A DNA stretch of 62,992 nt, the filler included, from Candidatus Babelota bacterium (lineage in GTDB: Bacteria > JAGOBX01): assembly GCA_017999075.1 (NCBI GenBank). It is 11 parts of 11 records of this genome, joined end to end, with 100 filler letters (N's around TTAATTAATTAA, not from the genome) between each part and the next. Parts side by side here need not be neighbours in the genome. Positions count along the whole stretch, not along the records: positions 1 to 13,204 come from JAGOBX010000047.1; 10 more parts are not named here. One strand, given 5' to 3'. Below are positions 1 through 10,297 of the stretch, piece by piece. The translations under genes and the position numbers were made by a program. The notes under the pieces are model-generated. The model was given only the letters and a program-made list of their open reading frames with translations. It was not told where the DNA came from and searched no databases. Positions within the stretch are counted from its first letter, which is position 1. Every line of letters begins with the position of its first letter.

Positions 1-155
1 CATTAATAATGTTTATTAAAACTTCTAAAAACCCGAAAAATGCTGTGAATTTTGAATGCAATTTTCAAGTTAAATAATTATAAATGAAATTAAGGAAATG
101 TCTAACAGAAATTAAAGTTTGACCAAAATACATATTTTAAAAATTAAAAATACTT

Positions 156-183
156 TTGACATAAAAAAATATTGGTCTATAAT
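156..183 (+). promoter_or_regulatory. sigma70-type promoter, TTGACA-N16-TATAAT
   Basis: Perfect -35 (156-161) and -10 (178-183) hexamers about 60 nt upstream of the ORF at 244. Confidence 0.7.
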
Positions 184-243
184 AATAACTTAACAGTTTT
201 ATAATTTTGATAATATCGGCAACTTTTTTGTATTATTCAACTT

Positions 244-585
244 ATGAAAATTAAATTAGACTTTAGAAATTTTTCTTTGAATGCTGATTTGTTCGATACT
301 GAAATTAGCAAAAAATTCTATGAACGCCTGCCGCTGACGGTTAATGAACTTACGCGCTGGGGCAATGAACTCTACGGCTCTATAGGTATTGATTTAGGCG
401 AAGAAAAACCTGTTCATTTAATTTCGGAAGGCGGGCTTGCCTATACAAACCGCGGTAATTATCTTTGCTTATTTTTTGGGCAAAAACCTGCTTGGGCTGT
501 TGAATATATCGGTAAAATACAAGGCGATGAATGGCAGAAATTGATAAAAGCTGATACTGACAGTTTAACGATAACACAAGCATAG
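244..585 (+). CDS. cyclophilin-like fold protein (DUF369/TM1367-like)
   Basis: 113 aa; pattern 'FYERLPL..ELTRWGNELY...GGLAY...NYLCLFFG' typical of this family. Confidence 0.7.
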   Translation: MKIKLDFRNFSLNADLFDTEISKKFYERLPLTVNELTRWGNELYGSIGIDLGEEKPVHLISEGGLAYTNRGNYLCLFFGQKPAWAVEYIGKIQGDEWQKLIKADTDSLTITQA

Positions 586-669
586 AAATGATTGCAAAGC
601 ATAAGTCGCGTTTTCAGAAAATCTTTCTTAACTGTTAAGATTTATAAAATAAATATTTATGGGTAATCA

Positions 670-1617
670 ATGAATATTCAAAAAAACAATAATAAAACAA
701 TCGAATGGCTGCTTGATTCTGATGATGTTTCAATAAGATATCGAACATTGACTGAACTGCTTGACATTCCTGAAACAGATAAAAAAGTTTCATCCCTTAA
801 AAGACAAATATCAGAGAGTAAACCTGTGAAGGATATTTTGGATAATATGCATCCGGATGGTTATTGGCTGCAGAAAAAGTCTACAACAGGCGAAATGATT
901 GGTGATGCTATAGAATACGGAGCCTTTGCAACTACACATTTCTGCCTGTCATATTTAGCGGAATTGGGAATGACAAAAGAAAGTCCTGAAATAGCAAAAG
1001 CCTGTGAACGATACCTGAATCTTCAAAAAGAAGACGGCGACTATTGGAATCATATGTCCTGTCTGACCGGATACAATATCCGTACATTTATCAGATTAGG
1101 ATATAAAAATGATTTCAGAATTCAGCGTTCAATAAATTTATTGCTTTATACTAACCGTTTTGACAACGGCTATCTTTGCGATATGCACGAAAAGAGAAAC
1201 AAAAAAAGTAAAAGTTGCATCAGAGGCGCAGTTAAAGTTCTTTTGGCGTTTGCTGAACTGCCTGAGTATTGGAATCATCCGCGTGTTAAAAACTTAATAG
1301 ATTATTTTTTAAAAAGAGATGCTATTTTTAAAACTGCTGATAAAAATAAGATAGTAAATGAAGATATAAACCGCTTATCATATCCAATAATTTGGCGTGC
1401 GAATATTTATGAAATATTATATGCTTTGAGTAAAATGGGTTATGGAAAAGAAAGACGGTTGGAACGCGCATGGAGTCATTTAGAAGCGAGGCAGACTAAT
1501 AATGGAAAATATATACTTGATTGGACTCCTGTTCAATGTCCCTGGAAAATAGGAAAACGTAAACTTGAAAATAATTGGGTTACGTTTTATGTTTTGCTCG
1601 CAATGAAATATAAATGA
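670..1617 (+). CDS. prenyltransferase/squalene-cyclase-like alpha-alpha barrel hypothetical protein
   Basis: 315 aa; QW-like repeats (MHPDGYW, LQKEDGDYW, RQTNNGKY) and C-terminal 'NNWVT' motif. Confidence 0.6.
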   Translation: MNIQKNNNKTIEWLLDSDDVSIRYRTLTELLDIPETDKKVSSLKRQISESKPVKDILDNMHPDGYWLQKKSTTGEMIGDAIEYGAFATTHFCLSYLAELGMTKESPEIAKACERYLNLQKEDGDYWNHMSCLTGYNIRTFIRLGYKNDFRIQRSINLLLYTNRFDNGYLCDMHEKRNKKSKSCIRGAVKVLLAFAELPEYWNHPRVKNLIDYFLKRDAIFKTADKNKIVNEDINRLSYPIIWRANIYEILYALSKMGYGKERRLERAWSHLEARQTNNGKYILDWTPVQCPWKIGKRKLENNWVTFYVLLAMKYK

Positions 1618-1759
1618 TTTAACCTAAAAACTGAAAGGGAAATTTCAAAATTTAAAATGGCGCACAAAATATAGCTTGGCTAATTATTAGGATTCATTAT
1701 GGAAGTGTTTCCAAACTTTCCTAAAAAAAAGATTTTTTTCTGCTAATCATCGCGAATAA

Positions 1760-2761
1760 AACTAAAAAAAATCCTGATACAAACGAGATAATTCCTCCAA
1801 AGCATAAAGTGTCTCCTGACTTCATATGCAAGGATTATGCAATTATTATTTTTTAAAAAAGATGTCTGAAAAAATCGGACTAACTTCAGCATTAAGAAAA
1901 GTATATCCTGAAACAATAAATGAAATACTAACTTGCGCAATGTTTGGCATATCAGAAGAACACCCGTTGTATCTATGTGAAGCATGATCTGATATTACAG
2001 CAGTTGATTGCTAAAGCAATCTATATTCACAAAGACTCAGTGAATTATTACGGGATATCGGAATAAACGACAATCAGAGATATAATTTTTTTAATGAATG
2101 GCGTGAAACCAACACTGATACCAAACATATTGTTTTTGATATTTCTTCTATATCATCGCATAGTAAAAATATTGATTATGTTGAATGGGGAAAGAATAAG
2201 GACGATAAAAAACTTCCGCAAGTTAATATCGGTTTGGTATTGGGCGAGCCATCCGAACTGCCGTTATATTATACAACGTATCCCGGCAGTATAAAAGATG
2301 TAAGCACATTAAAAAACCTGACAGCTCATAATATATGGTTAAAATTAAAGAAAACCATATTTCGTTCTTGACCGCGGATTTTATAGCGGACCTAATATAA
2401 AACAATTATCAGACGAGGGTTTTACTTTCATTATGCCTCTGCCTTTTTCAACGAATATTTCAAAAGATTTGATAAAAAATTACAGCAAAACAATTACGCA
2501 TCATTCTAAATCCTTTATGTACAATGATTCAATATTTTTTTCGAAGGCAGATTATTTTTGTTTTTTATTTCGCTTATCATATATGCCGCTATAGATAAGA
2601 TTATGAGAAAAAATAACCTTTACAAGAAATATTCATTAAACGAAATGATTTATGAATTAAAAAAAATTAAACTACTGAAACTTCCAGATGGTCAAAAAAT
2701 TATTTCAGAAATTTCAAAAAAGCAAAAAGATATTTTTAAAATTTTTAATATACAATTTTAA
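1760..2761 (+). mobile_element. degraded IS1634-family transposase (frameshifted, internally deleted)
   Basis: Fragments in shifting frames: KKNPDTNEIIP; IVFDISSISSHSKNIDYVEWGKNKDDKKLPQVNIGLVLGEPSELPLYYTTYPGSIKDVSTLKN; DRGFYS; C-terminal EGRLFLFFISLII...SEISKKQKDIFKIFNIQF. Confidence 0.8.
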
Positions 2762-2783
2762 AAAATTTAGATACAGGCATAAT

Positions 2784-3179
2784 TTATACTGATTTCGGAA
2801 TAATTATTTTTATTCCAGGGCAGTCATTCTTTACATAATCAAGATATGAATCATCTTGAATAATTTTTTTCCAGTAAGGATATGTTTTGCATTGATGAGG
2901 TCTACAATCATATATTAAGCATTTATTTTTTTCTGTTAAAAAAATGCATCTGTAATCAGATTCGTTTTTTTTTATTTCTATAAGAGTTGTTTTAAGATTC
3001 TCTTTTTTAGTATATTTTTTTTTAAAATCTTTTAACGGTATTCCTAAAAAATCAGATATATTTTTTTGTTCTGTATCTGTAAGCCATACATAACCTGTTG
3101 CTCCAGAACAGCAATTCCCGCATTGAATACAATTGAATTGTATTCTGTCTGTTTTAATTGATTTTATAATTTCATTCAT
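2784..3179 (-). CDS. YkgJ-family CxxCxxCC cysteine-cluster protein
   Basis: FNCIQCGNCC, CIFL, CLIYDCRPHQCKTYPYW motifs. Confidence 0.85.
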   Translation of the reverse strand: MNEIIKSIKTDRIQFNCIQCGNCCSGATGYVWLTDTEQKNISDFLGIPLKDFKKKYTKKENLKTTLIEIKKNESDYRCIFLTEKNKCLIYDCRPHQCKTYPYWKKIIQDDSYLDYVKNDCPGIKIIIPKSV

Positions 3180-3192
3180 AATTCTGATAATA

Positions 3193-6100
3193 TTATATTT
3201 TTACCAATTTTATATTTTCTTTTTTTAATTCTTCAAACAATTCATCAACCGGAGGTTCGTAAGGTTTTATTCTTATTTGGTTGTCGAGATAAAAATAAGT
3301 TACAAAATCAGTGACGTGATCTACTTTAATTTTTGCTGTGGAAATTGTTAACCGAATTCCTGTAAAACATTTTTCACTAACACAAATTTTGCCGTCTTTT
3401 CCTTTTTCAATTATTTCAGCAAGAATTTTTCTATCTTCAACAAGTTTTTTCAAACGTTTAACAATTTCTTCATCTTGATTTCTAAGTTTATCCAGCATTT
3501 CTTCATGTTTTTCTGTAAATTCATTTTTAGCCTTTAACTCCAACAACCGTTTTATATCAAGCCGTCCGCTTTTATAAAATTTTTCAAGTGAAACAATATA
3601 TGTTTCACTTTTTTTCATTTTTTCGAAAACTTCAGGATCAGAACCAGCTTCTACAGTTGTAACAGTAGCAATTTTAGAGCCGAGAATTTTTGCAAATACA
3701 GATTTACCGGCTCTTATTATTCCGCCGACAATCAATCCTTTTCCTCCTGTCAATACCACGACATTTTGCGCGGCATTAACAACACTGTGCATCAAAGAGT
3801 TTGATACTATGACATTTCTCCTGCAGAATACCGTAGCCTGTTCAATAAAATTTGTAATCATATTGCCTTTAACTGTTATCTTGCATTTATAGTTTCCTGA
3901 AATTCCGCGTCTAACATAAAGATTATTTCCGCATTCTACAGTTGCACCTTCAATATTTGAAACATAAATATCTCCGCCTGCTTTTACACTGAATCCTTCT
4001 TTTATAGTTCCGCTTATTATAACTGTTCCGGGAAACGTTATATTCCCGGTTCTATTATCTATATTGCCTATTATATGCAAAGCTTCTTCAACATAAAATT
4101 TGTAACCTTCACGGAACGCCATACCGCTAATCTGCGCAGAAATTTTCAAACCGTCTTCTGATAATACCGCATTTTTACCTGCGCGCAATTGAAAATTTTT
4201 ACCTTTTGGCGGAGAAATTTCCTCGCCAAAAACATTGATTCCAGGAGTCCCTTCTTTTGGCGGAATTTTTTTCACTATAAGATCTTTTGACCTCACAGAA
4301 TCAAGCGGTTGAATTCCATAAATTTCTTCAAGTTGTTTTTCTTCTGAAGATTTTTCTTTATTTTGATTAACAAAAGGAAACAACAGCACTGCGTCCTGGC
4401 CAGAAACAGGATTTATTCCTTCCGAAATTAATAATTCCATCTTTTTTTTCAAATTTTTTAATGAATTTTTTATCAGGTCAAGATTCGGTTTATAAATATT
4501 TTTTTCAATAATTTTATTTTTTATCTCATCATAATCTACTGGAAGTCCACCATATTGCGGAGGAATTAAAGTTATATAAACCTGCATTTTATCAGAAGAA
4601 ATATTAAAAAAATATTTTCCGTCAAGTTCGGGTTCAGGCTGACGAGGACCTATTTTAACTTCTTCTGCCGAACTTTTTTCCATTTCATTTTTCAATATTT
4701 CCAAATCAATCCCGGAATTATAATTAAATTCCCTTAATTGCTGAATTGCTTCTTCAACTTTCGCTTTTTTCCCATTGCCTCTCGGAGGAAATGAAGTCAG
4801 CATAAGCCCTTTTATTGTATTCAATATAACAAAAAAACCGTCTAAATCTTTCCGTTCTTTTCCTTTTTTAAAAATCTTAATTACATAAGTTTGTTTTTTT
4901 AAATTTAAAAAACTTTTATTTGGATGCTGTAATATTTCATAATCAAGATCGTCTTCCGAACATTGAAAATGTTCCACTCCTTTCTGCATGCACTCTTTAA
5001 TTGAAGCTCCAGCTATCTGTATAGGATAACTATTTTTAATTTTAAAGAACATTTGCCTCAAAGCATTTTTATCTTCATTTTTTCCGATCAATATCGCATT
5101 AAGGCGTAATATTTTTTTTGACTGCGACATATATCTGTCAACATCAATAAATAATGCATTCTGAGAAGGTATATTTAAAAATTTCACAGCAAGCTGATAC
5201 AATAATTGCGAATCATATCCTTCAAAAAGAGCGTTTTTCCTTAATTTCAAGTTTTCAAAAATAACCGGTTGGCCGGATTCTGTTTTTATAGAATCATTGG
5301 AATAAATTATTTTTTCAATATCAGGTTTTACAAATCCTTCCATAACTATATTTTCAAAAGAACTTGAAAATGCTATTTTTTCATATTTTTTTTCAATAAT
5401 TTTTTCTATTCCGTCAAGAACAATCTTAACTCCTTCAACTATATTTCCGTCAACTCCGACAATCCGGCGGCCATTATTATTAATTATAGAATCAAAGGGT
5501 TTTACTTTTTCAGAAAGTTCTGTCAAAGTTTTATTAATTTGAATTATAGATTCTGTTTTTTTAGAAAATCTGGAATCAGTCTGAGGAACATTATTTTTTT
5601 TCAATTGCTCTATTTCATTCTTTAAAGTAATTAAATTCCGTTCACAGAATTTTTTTTGGTCAATAATTTTATTATATTCGTCTCTTTCATTTTTAAACAT
5701 CCCCAAATTTATAGAAATAGGTTCGCTGTCAAGCACAACTTTTGTTTTATTAGCTGGAATATATAACAGACTGCATAATTCCGAAAAATATTTTTTTTTA
5801 TGATTAACGGATTCTATGTGATTTTCTATTTGTTCAAGCCGTTCAAGTGATTTATCATCAAGTTTTTCACTTTCAATTTTTTTGCGTTCATCTTCATATT
5901 TTCTTATATCCGCATCCAAAAAAGATAATTTTTCTTTGTATCTTTTTAACACAAAAACATAATCAGCAGAAACTTCTTCTTCAGACCCAGGAGTAGAATA
6001 TTTTGCAAAATATTCGTTTATTTTATCAAAATTAATTTTAGGATATATTTCATCCGCATTTATTTTCAATGTATTATATCGGTTCTTCAAATTATCTATA

Positions 6101-6990
6101 TTTTTATAATATTCTTGTGCGCGTTTATCATCAACAGCATTCGACACAAGAAAATTTTCTATGTCATTGATTTCCTTTTCAAGTTGATCCATTGACAAAA
6201 TGTATTCCAGCAAAACTTTAATCTGGCTGTCTTCTATTCCGGTTTCAAGCGTGTATATCGATTCTCGCCTGCTTCCTATCCTGTTTGCTGAAACTTCATT
6301 TCTTATAAACAATTCACTACGTTCAATTGCTCTTTCTCCAGGACCTGTCAGAATCAAGGACTTTCCACTTTCAATAAAACAATCTTTTATAATATCTTCA
6401 ACAATTATATTCCCTGAACATTTTATGTTAGTTGATTTTTCTATTCGAGGAGTTTTGATATTACCTCCGCAGTTTAAAAACCCATTTTGGAAATTGAATA
6501 TTCCATCTCTAGATATAATATTACCACCGCAGTTTAATTCAGAATCAAGAATTTTATATGTAAAAATATCGCCGGTAACATTTATAATTGAACCCGAATC
6601 TATTATTCCATGAACTATAACGCTTCCATCAAAATCAATGTTACCGGTACCTAATTCAACTGATGCGTCAGAATCTATTTCTATGACAGGCAAAACATTA
6701 AGCTCATTATGTTTCCATTGAATTAATCCTGATATAGTTGAAAAAATTTTCGTTCCGTCAGAAGATATGGCAACATTTTTACCAGGGATAATACCCGTAT
6801 CATTTTTGGTTCCTGTTTTATCAATGAATGAATATAACAATTGTCCTGGCGCAACTTCAAGATATTTTTTTTCAATTATTTCAAAAATCGATATTGAATC
6901 AAATAAAAACAAATATCTTCCAAAAGAATACACCAATTCATTATTTGTTTCATTTATGTCAGATATTATAAACAACTGGCGGTCAGGCAT
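3193..6990 (-). CDS. FapA/DUF342-family protein with two DUF342 modules and a central Jag_N-like domain
   Basis: 1265 aa; two 'TGNI(D/T)F.G.VI..G.I' beta-helix starts, each followed by a coiled coil; central 'GASIKECMQKGVEHFQCSEDDLDYEILQHPNKSFL' resembles Jag_N. Confidence 0.8.
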   Translation of the reverse strand: MPDRQLFIISDINETNNELVYSFGRYLFLFDSISIFEIIEKKYLEVAPGQLLYSFIDKTGTKNDTGIIPGKNVAISSDGTKIFSTISGLIQWKHNELNVLPVIEIDSDASVELGTGNIDFDGSVIVHGIIDSGSIINVTGDIFTYKILDSELNCGGNIISRDGIFNFQNGFLNCGGNIKTPRIEKSTNIKCSGNIIVEDIIKDCFIESGKSLILTGPGERAIERSELFIRNEVSANRIGSRRESIYTLETGIEDSQIKVLLEYILSMDQLEKEINDIENFLVSNAVDDKRAQEYYKNIDNLKNRYNTLKINADEIYPKINFDKINEYFAKYSTPGSEEEVSADYVFVLKRYKEKLSFLDADIRKYEDERKKIESEKLDDKSLERLEQIENHIESVNHKKKYFSELCSLLYIPANKTKVVLDSEPISINLGMFKNERDEYNKIIDQKKFCERNLITLKNEIEQLKKNNVPQTDSRFSKKTESIIQINKTLTELSEKVKPFDSIINNNGRRIVGVDGNIVEGVKIVLDGIEKIIEKKYEKIAFSSSFENIVMEGFVKPDIEKIIYSNDSIKTESGQPVIFENLKLRKNALFEGYDSQLLYQLAVKFLNIPSQNALFIDVDRYMSQSKKILRLNAILIGKNEDKNALRQMFFKIKNSYPIQIAGASIKECMQKGVEHFQCSEDDLDYEILQHPNKSFLNLKKQTYVIKIFKKGKERKDLDGFFVILNTIKGLMLTSFPPRGNGKKAKVEEAIQQLREFNYNSGIDLEILKNEMEKSSAEEVKIGPRQPEPELDGKYFFNISSDKMQVYITLIPPQYGGLPVDYDEIKNKIIEKNIYKPNLDLIKNSLKNLKKKMELLISEGINPVSGQDAVLLFPFVNQNKEKSSEEKQLEEIYGIQPLDSVRSKDLIVKKIPPKEGTPGINVFGEEISPPKGKNFQLRAGKNAVLSEDGLKISAQISGMAFREGYKFYVEEALHIIGNIDNRTGNITFPGTVIISGTIKEGFSVKAGGDIYVSNIEGATVECGNNLYVRRGISGNYKCKITVKGNMITNFIEQATVFCRRNVIVSNSLMHSVVNAAQNVVVLTGGKGLIVGGIIRAGKSVFAKILGSKIATVTTVEAGSDPEVFEKMKKSETYIVSLEKFYKSGRLDIKRLLELKAKNEFTEKHEEMLDKLRNQDEEIVKRLKKLVEDRKILAEIIEKGKDGKICVSEKCFTGIRLTISTAKIKVDHVTDFVTYFYLDNQIRIKPYEPPVDELFEELKKENIKLVKI

Positions 6991-7034
6991 ATTATTTCCT
7001 TATTATTTTTTAACAGGGCTCATAGTTAATTCAT

Positions 7035-8309
7035 TTATTTTTTTAATGTTTCAACATCATCTAATAAATGGACTACCATACCGCTGCGCAGTTTCGGCTC
7101 AAACCATGTTGATTTTGGAGGCATAATCTGTCCTGCATCAGCAATATCCATTAGTTCATCTAATGATGTAGGATACATTGAAAATGCTACTGCATATTTT
7201 CCTGAATCAACTAATTTTTCAAGTTCAGCTGAACCGCGGATACCTCCCACAAAATTAATTCTATTGTCTGACCTCGGATCTTTTATTCCCAGAAGAGGAT
7301 TAAGTATATTTTTCTGCAATATTGAAACATCAAGAGAATCAACAGGAGAATCATTATCATATATTTCTTTTTTCGGTTGGAGTTTATACCATTTTCCATT
7401 TATATACATTCCGATATTTTTTGTTTCTGCCGGAGAAAAACATTTTTCGTCAACAGGCGTTATTTCAAATTTTTCTTTTATTTTTTCAAATAAAACTTGC
7501 TCTGTCAAACCGTTTAAATCTTTAACCACCCTATTATAAGGCATTATTTTAAGCTGATTATCAGGAAACAGAACTGTAAGAAAATAATTATATTCTTCTT
7601 TGCCGTTGTGATTATTATTCTCGGATTTCTTTAATGCTCTAACTCTGTATCCTGAAGCTGCTCTGTGATGACCGTCCGCAACATATAATGCAGGAACTTT
7701 TTTAAAAGCAGAACAAAGTTTTTTAATAAGTTTGTCGTCGGTAATTAAATATAACGTATGCCTGACTTCCAATCCGCTGTCTGCAGTTGAAAAATCATAA
7801 ACCGGAATAGTATCCAGGCACGAATTAACTAAATCATCGATTTTCTTACGGCTGCGGTAAGTTAAAAAAACAGGTCCGGCATTGCAGTTTGTTTCATAAA
7901 CATGACGGGCTCTGTCGTCTTCTTTATCTTTACGGGTTAATTCATGTTTTTTTATAAGATTTTTTTCGTATTCATCAACTGAAGCGCAGGCTAATAATCC
8001 AATCTGAATATGATTTCCCATTTGTTGTTTATAAATATACAGGCAAGGTTTATTCTCTATAAGAAGATAACCTTCGTCTATAAATTTTTTAAAATTACTT
8101 TTAGCAGTTTCATAAACCTTATCACTATATAAATCAATTTTAGGATCCAAATCTATTTCAGGTTTTGTAACATGAAAAAAACTGTATTTATTTCCTTCCG
8201 CGAGTTTTCTGGCTTCGTCAGAATTTAAAACATCATACGGTAAAACAGCTAATCTGCTTGCAATTTCCGGATTAGGTCTTAATCCTCTGAAAGCTTTTAT
8301 TGTAGACAT
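7035..8309 (-). CDS. DUF1015-family protein
   Basis: PYDV, IKKHELTR, YVADGHHRAAS, MPPKSTWFEPKLRSG signature motifs. Confidence 0.92.
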   Translation of the reverse strand: MSTIKAFRGLRPNPEIASRLAVLPYDVLNSDEARKLAEGNKYSFFHVTKPEIDLDPKIDLYSDKVYETAKSNFKKFIDEGYLLIENKPCLYIYKQQMGNHIQIGLLACASVDEYEKNLIKKHELTRKDKEDDRARHVYETNCNAGPVFLTYRSRKKIDDLVNSCLDTIPVYDFSTADSGLEVRHTLYLITDDKLIKKLCSAFKKVPALYVADGHHRAASGYRVRALKKSENNNHNGKEEYNYFLTVLFPDNQLKIMPYNRVVKDLNGLTEQVLFEKIKEKFEITPVDEKCFSPAETKNIGMYINGKWYKLQPKKEIYDNDSPVDSLDVSILQKNILNPLLGIKDPRSDNRINFVGGIRGSAELEKLVDSGKYAVAFSMYPTSLDELMDIADAGQIMPPKSTWFEPKLRSGMVVHLLDDVETLKK

Positions 8310-8394
8310 GATTATAAATCCCCCTTGAAAAATAATGAGAATAAATAATATAAAATTTTTTAATAAAAATCAATCTTTAAATTATGAAATAATA

Positions 8395-8422
8395 TTGACT
8401 TATTTTTTTGTATCAGTATAAT
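8395..8422 (+). promoter_or_regulatory. sigma70-type promoter, TTGACT-N16-TATAAT, very short leader
   Basis: -35 at 8395-8400, -10 at 8417-8422; ATG at 8433 with no SD. Confidence 0.6.
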
Positions 8423-8432
8423 ATGAAACATT

Positions 8433-9416
8433 ATGAAAAAATATATGGTGTTATTCGGGTCAAACGGATATTTTGGACATTATATATGCCAGGAATTGAT
8501 AACCCAGGGATATAATGTTATAGCATTTAAATTTCCGCATTTCAGATCTACTATTATTGAGCATCCGGATGTGGAATATTTTGAGTTCGATATCAGAACG
8601 GACCCGGCCGATAAAAAAGAATATTTTAAAAAAATTTTTGAAGGTAAAAGTATAAAAGGATTAATTAATGCGGCAGCTCTTCTTGGAGCATCAGATTACG
8701 ATTCTAATTATAAAACAAATGCTCTTGGAGTAAAAAATCTTGCAGAACTCGCAAAAATGTTTAATATCCCCAGATTTGTTCACGTAAGCACTGTTTGTGT
8801 AATCAAACCTATAAAAGGACCTTACGGAATAGCAAAAATGGAAGGAGATAATTTTTTAAAAAATTCCGGAATAAATTATACTATTTTTATTCCTGCATTG
8901 TTATTAGGTGTGGAAAGTCTGGGTTTGGGTAGAATTCTAAAAAATGTTTTCAAATTACCTTTTTTCGTCCCTTTAATAGGCGGCGGAAAAGAAACTCAAC
9001 ATCCTATTTACATAAAAGATTTTGCCCATTACATTGTCAAATGCGTTGAAACAGAAAAATGTATAAATAAAATTTATCAAATAGGCGGAGATACGGTAAT
9101 TTCTTTTAAAGAGTTTGTAGAAATGATTTTAAAATTTAAGAACAGAAAAAAAATTTTTATAACATTTCCTGTTTTTATAGCAAAAATAATAGCTAAATAT
9201 TTTCAGTTAACACAAAAACGGCCTTTATTTACACTCGAACATATTAAAGGAATTCTGCAGGATTCTAATCTGGATACTTCAGAACTTGTAAAAGACCTTA
9301 ATTTTAAACCAACGCCATTGAATACCGCATTAAAAGAATGCCTTGATAAACTCGGGGATAATTGGAACTATTATTTAAACGGATGGAATGAACGGGTTAT
9401 AAAAATCGGCAAATAA
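8433..9416 (+). CDS. NAD-dependent epimerase/dehydratase (extended/atypical SDR)
   Basis: GSNGYFG Rossmann motif, INAAA, YGIAK (YxxxK), QHPIYIKD. Confidence 0.85.
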   Translation: MKKYMVLFGSNGYFGHYICQELITQGYNVIAFKFPHFRSTIIEHPDVEYFEFDIRTDPADKKEYFKKIFEGKSIKGLINAAALLGASDYDSNYKTNALGVKNLAELAKMFNIPRFVHVSTVCVIKPIKGPYGIAKMEGDNFLKNSGINYTIFIPALLLGVESLGLGRILKNVFKLPFFVPLIGGGKETQHPIYIKDFAHYIVKCVETEKCINKIYQIGGDTVISFKEFVEMILKFKNRKKIFITFPVFIAKIIAKYFQLTQKRPLFTLEHIKGILQDSNLDTSELVKDLNFKPTPLNTALKECLDKLGDNWNYYLNGWNERVIKIGK

Positions 9417-9420
9417 ATTT

Positions 9421-10296
9421 ATGGATAATAATAAAACAAAATTCATCAGTGTAGTAATCCCTGCTTATAATGAAGAAGATTCCATATCTGTTTTAATATC
9501 TAAATTAAAACAGTTTGAAAATATTCTCGAAATAATTGTTATTGATGACGGTTCTTCTGACAATACATCTTTAAAAGCCGAAGAAGCCGGTGCCACAGTT
9601 ATTAAACAGCCTTATAACATAGGTAATGGAGCCGCAATAAAAAAAGGAATACTTAACGCCAAAGGAGATTATGTTCTTTGTATGGACGCTGATCTTCAGC
9701 ACCCGCCTGAAGAAATTCCAAATATGATAAAACATTCATATAAATACGATATGATAGTCGGATCGCGCACATCAGAATCAGGAGTTTCAAAATTCAGGGG
9801 ATTTGGAAATTTTTTCTTAATAAAAATAGCTGAATTCATTTCAGGTTATAAAATTCCTGATTTAACTTCAGGGTTCCGCCTTATAAATCGGGAAAAATGC
9901 CTGAAAGTAATTCATTTATTTCCAAACCAATATTCTTATCCTACTACTGTCACATTGGCTTTTTTCAATAATGGTTACGCAATAAAATATCTGCCGATGA
10001 AAACTATTACAAAACGGCAAACAGGAAAAAGCAATATAAAACCTTTTCGGGATGGAATAAGGTTTATAATAATTATATTGAGAATAGTAATGTTGTTCAA
10101 TCCTTTAAAAATTTTTCTACCAATTTCTTTTTTTATGTTTCTCGCCGGAACAATACAAAGCAGTTACGCTATTTTTTTTCTTAAGACCGGAATAAAACAA
10201 GCTTCAATAATATTTTTTGTAAGTTCAATATTAATATTATGTTTTGCAATGCTCGCAGAACAGATTTCTCAACTAAGAAAAAATATATATTTATAA
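9421..10296 (+). CDS. glycosyltransferase family 2 (DPM1-like) with C-terminal TM helices
   Basis: SVVIPAYNEE, IDDGSSD, MDADLQH, DLTSGFR. Confidence 0.92.
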   Translation: MDNNKTKFISVVIPAYNEEDSISVLISKLKQFENILEIIVIDDGSSDNTSLKAEEAGATVIKQPYNIGNGAAIKKGILNAKGDYVLCMDADLQHPPEEIPNMIKHSYKYDMIVGSRTSESGVSKFRGFGNFFLIKIAEFISGYKIPDLTSGFRLINREKCLKVIHLFPNQYSYPTTVTLAFFNNGYAIKYLPMKTITKRQTGKSNIKPFRDGIRFIIIILRIVMLFNPLKIFLPISFFMFLAGTIQSSYAIFFLKTGIKQASIIFFVSSILILCFAMLAEQISQLRKNIYL

Positions 10297-10297
10297 A

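Noticed and set aside
1743-2405. Short ORFs 1743-1985, 2094-2294 and 2223-2405
   Set aside because: Off-frame or antisense readings of the IS1634 remnant
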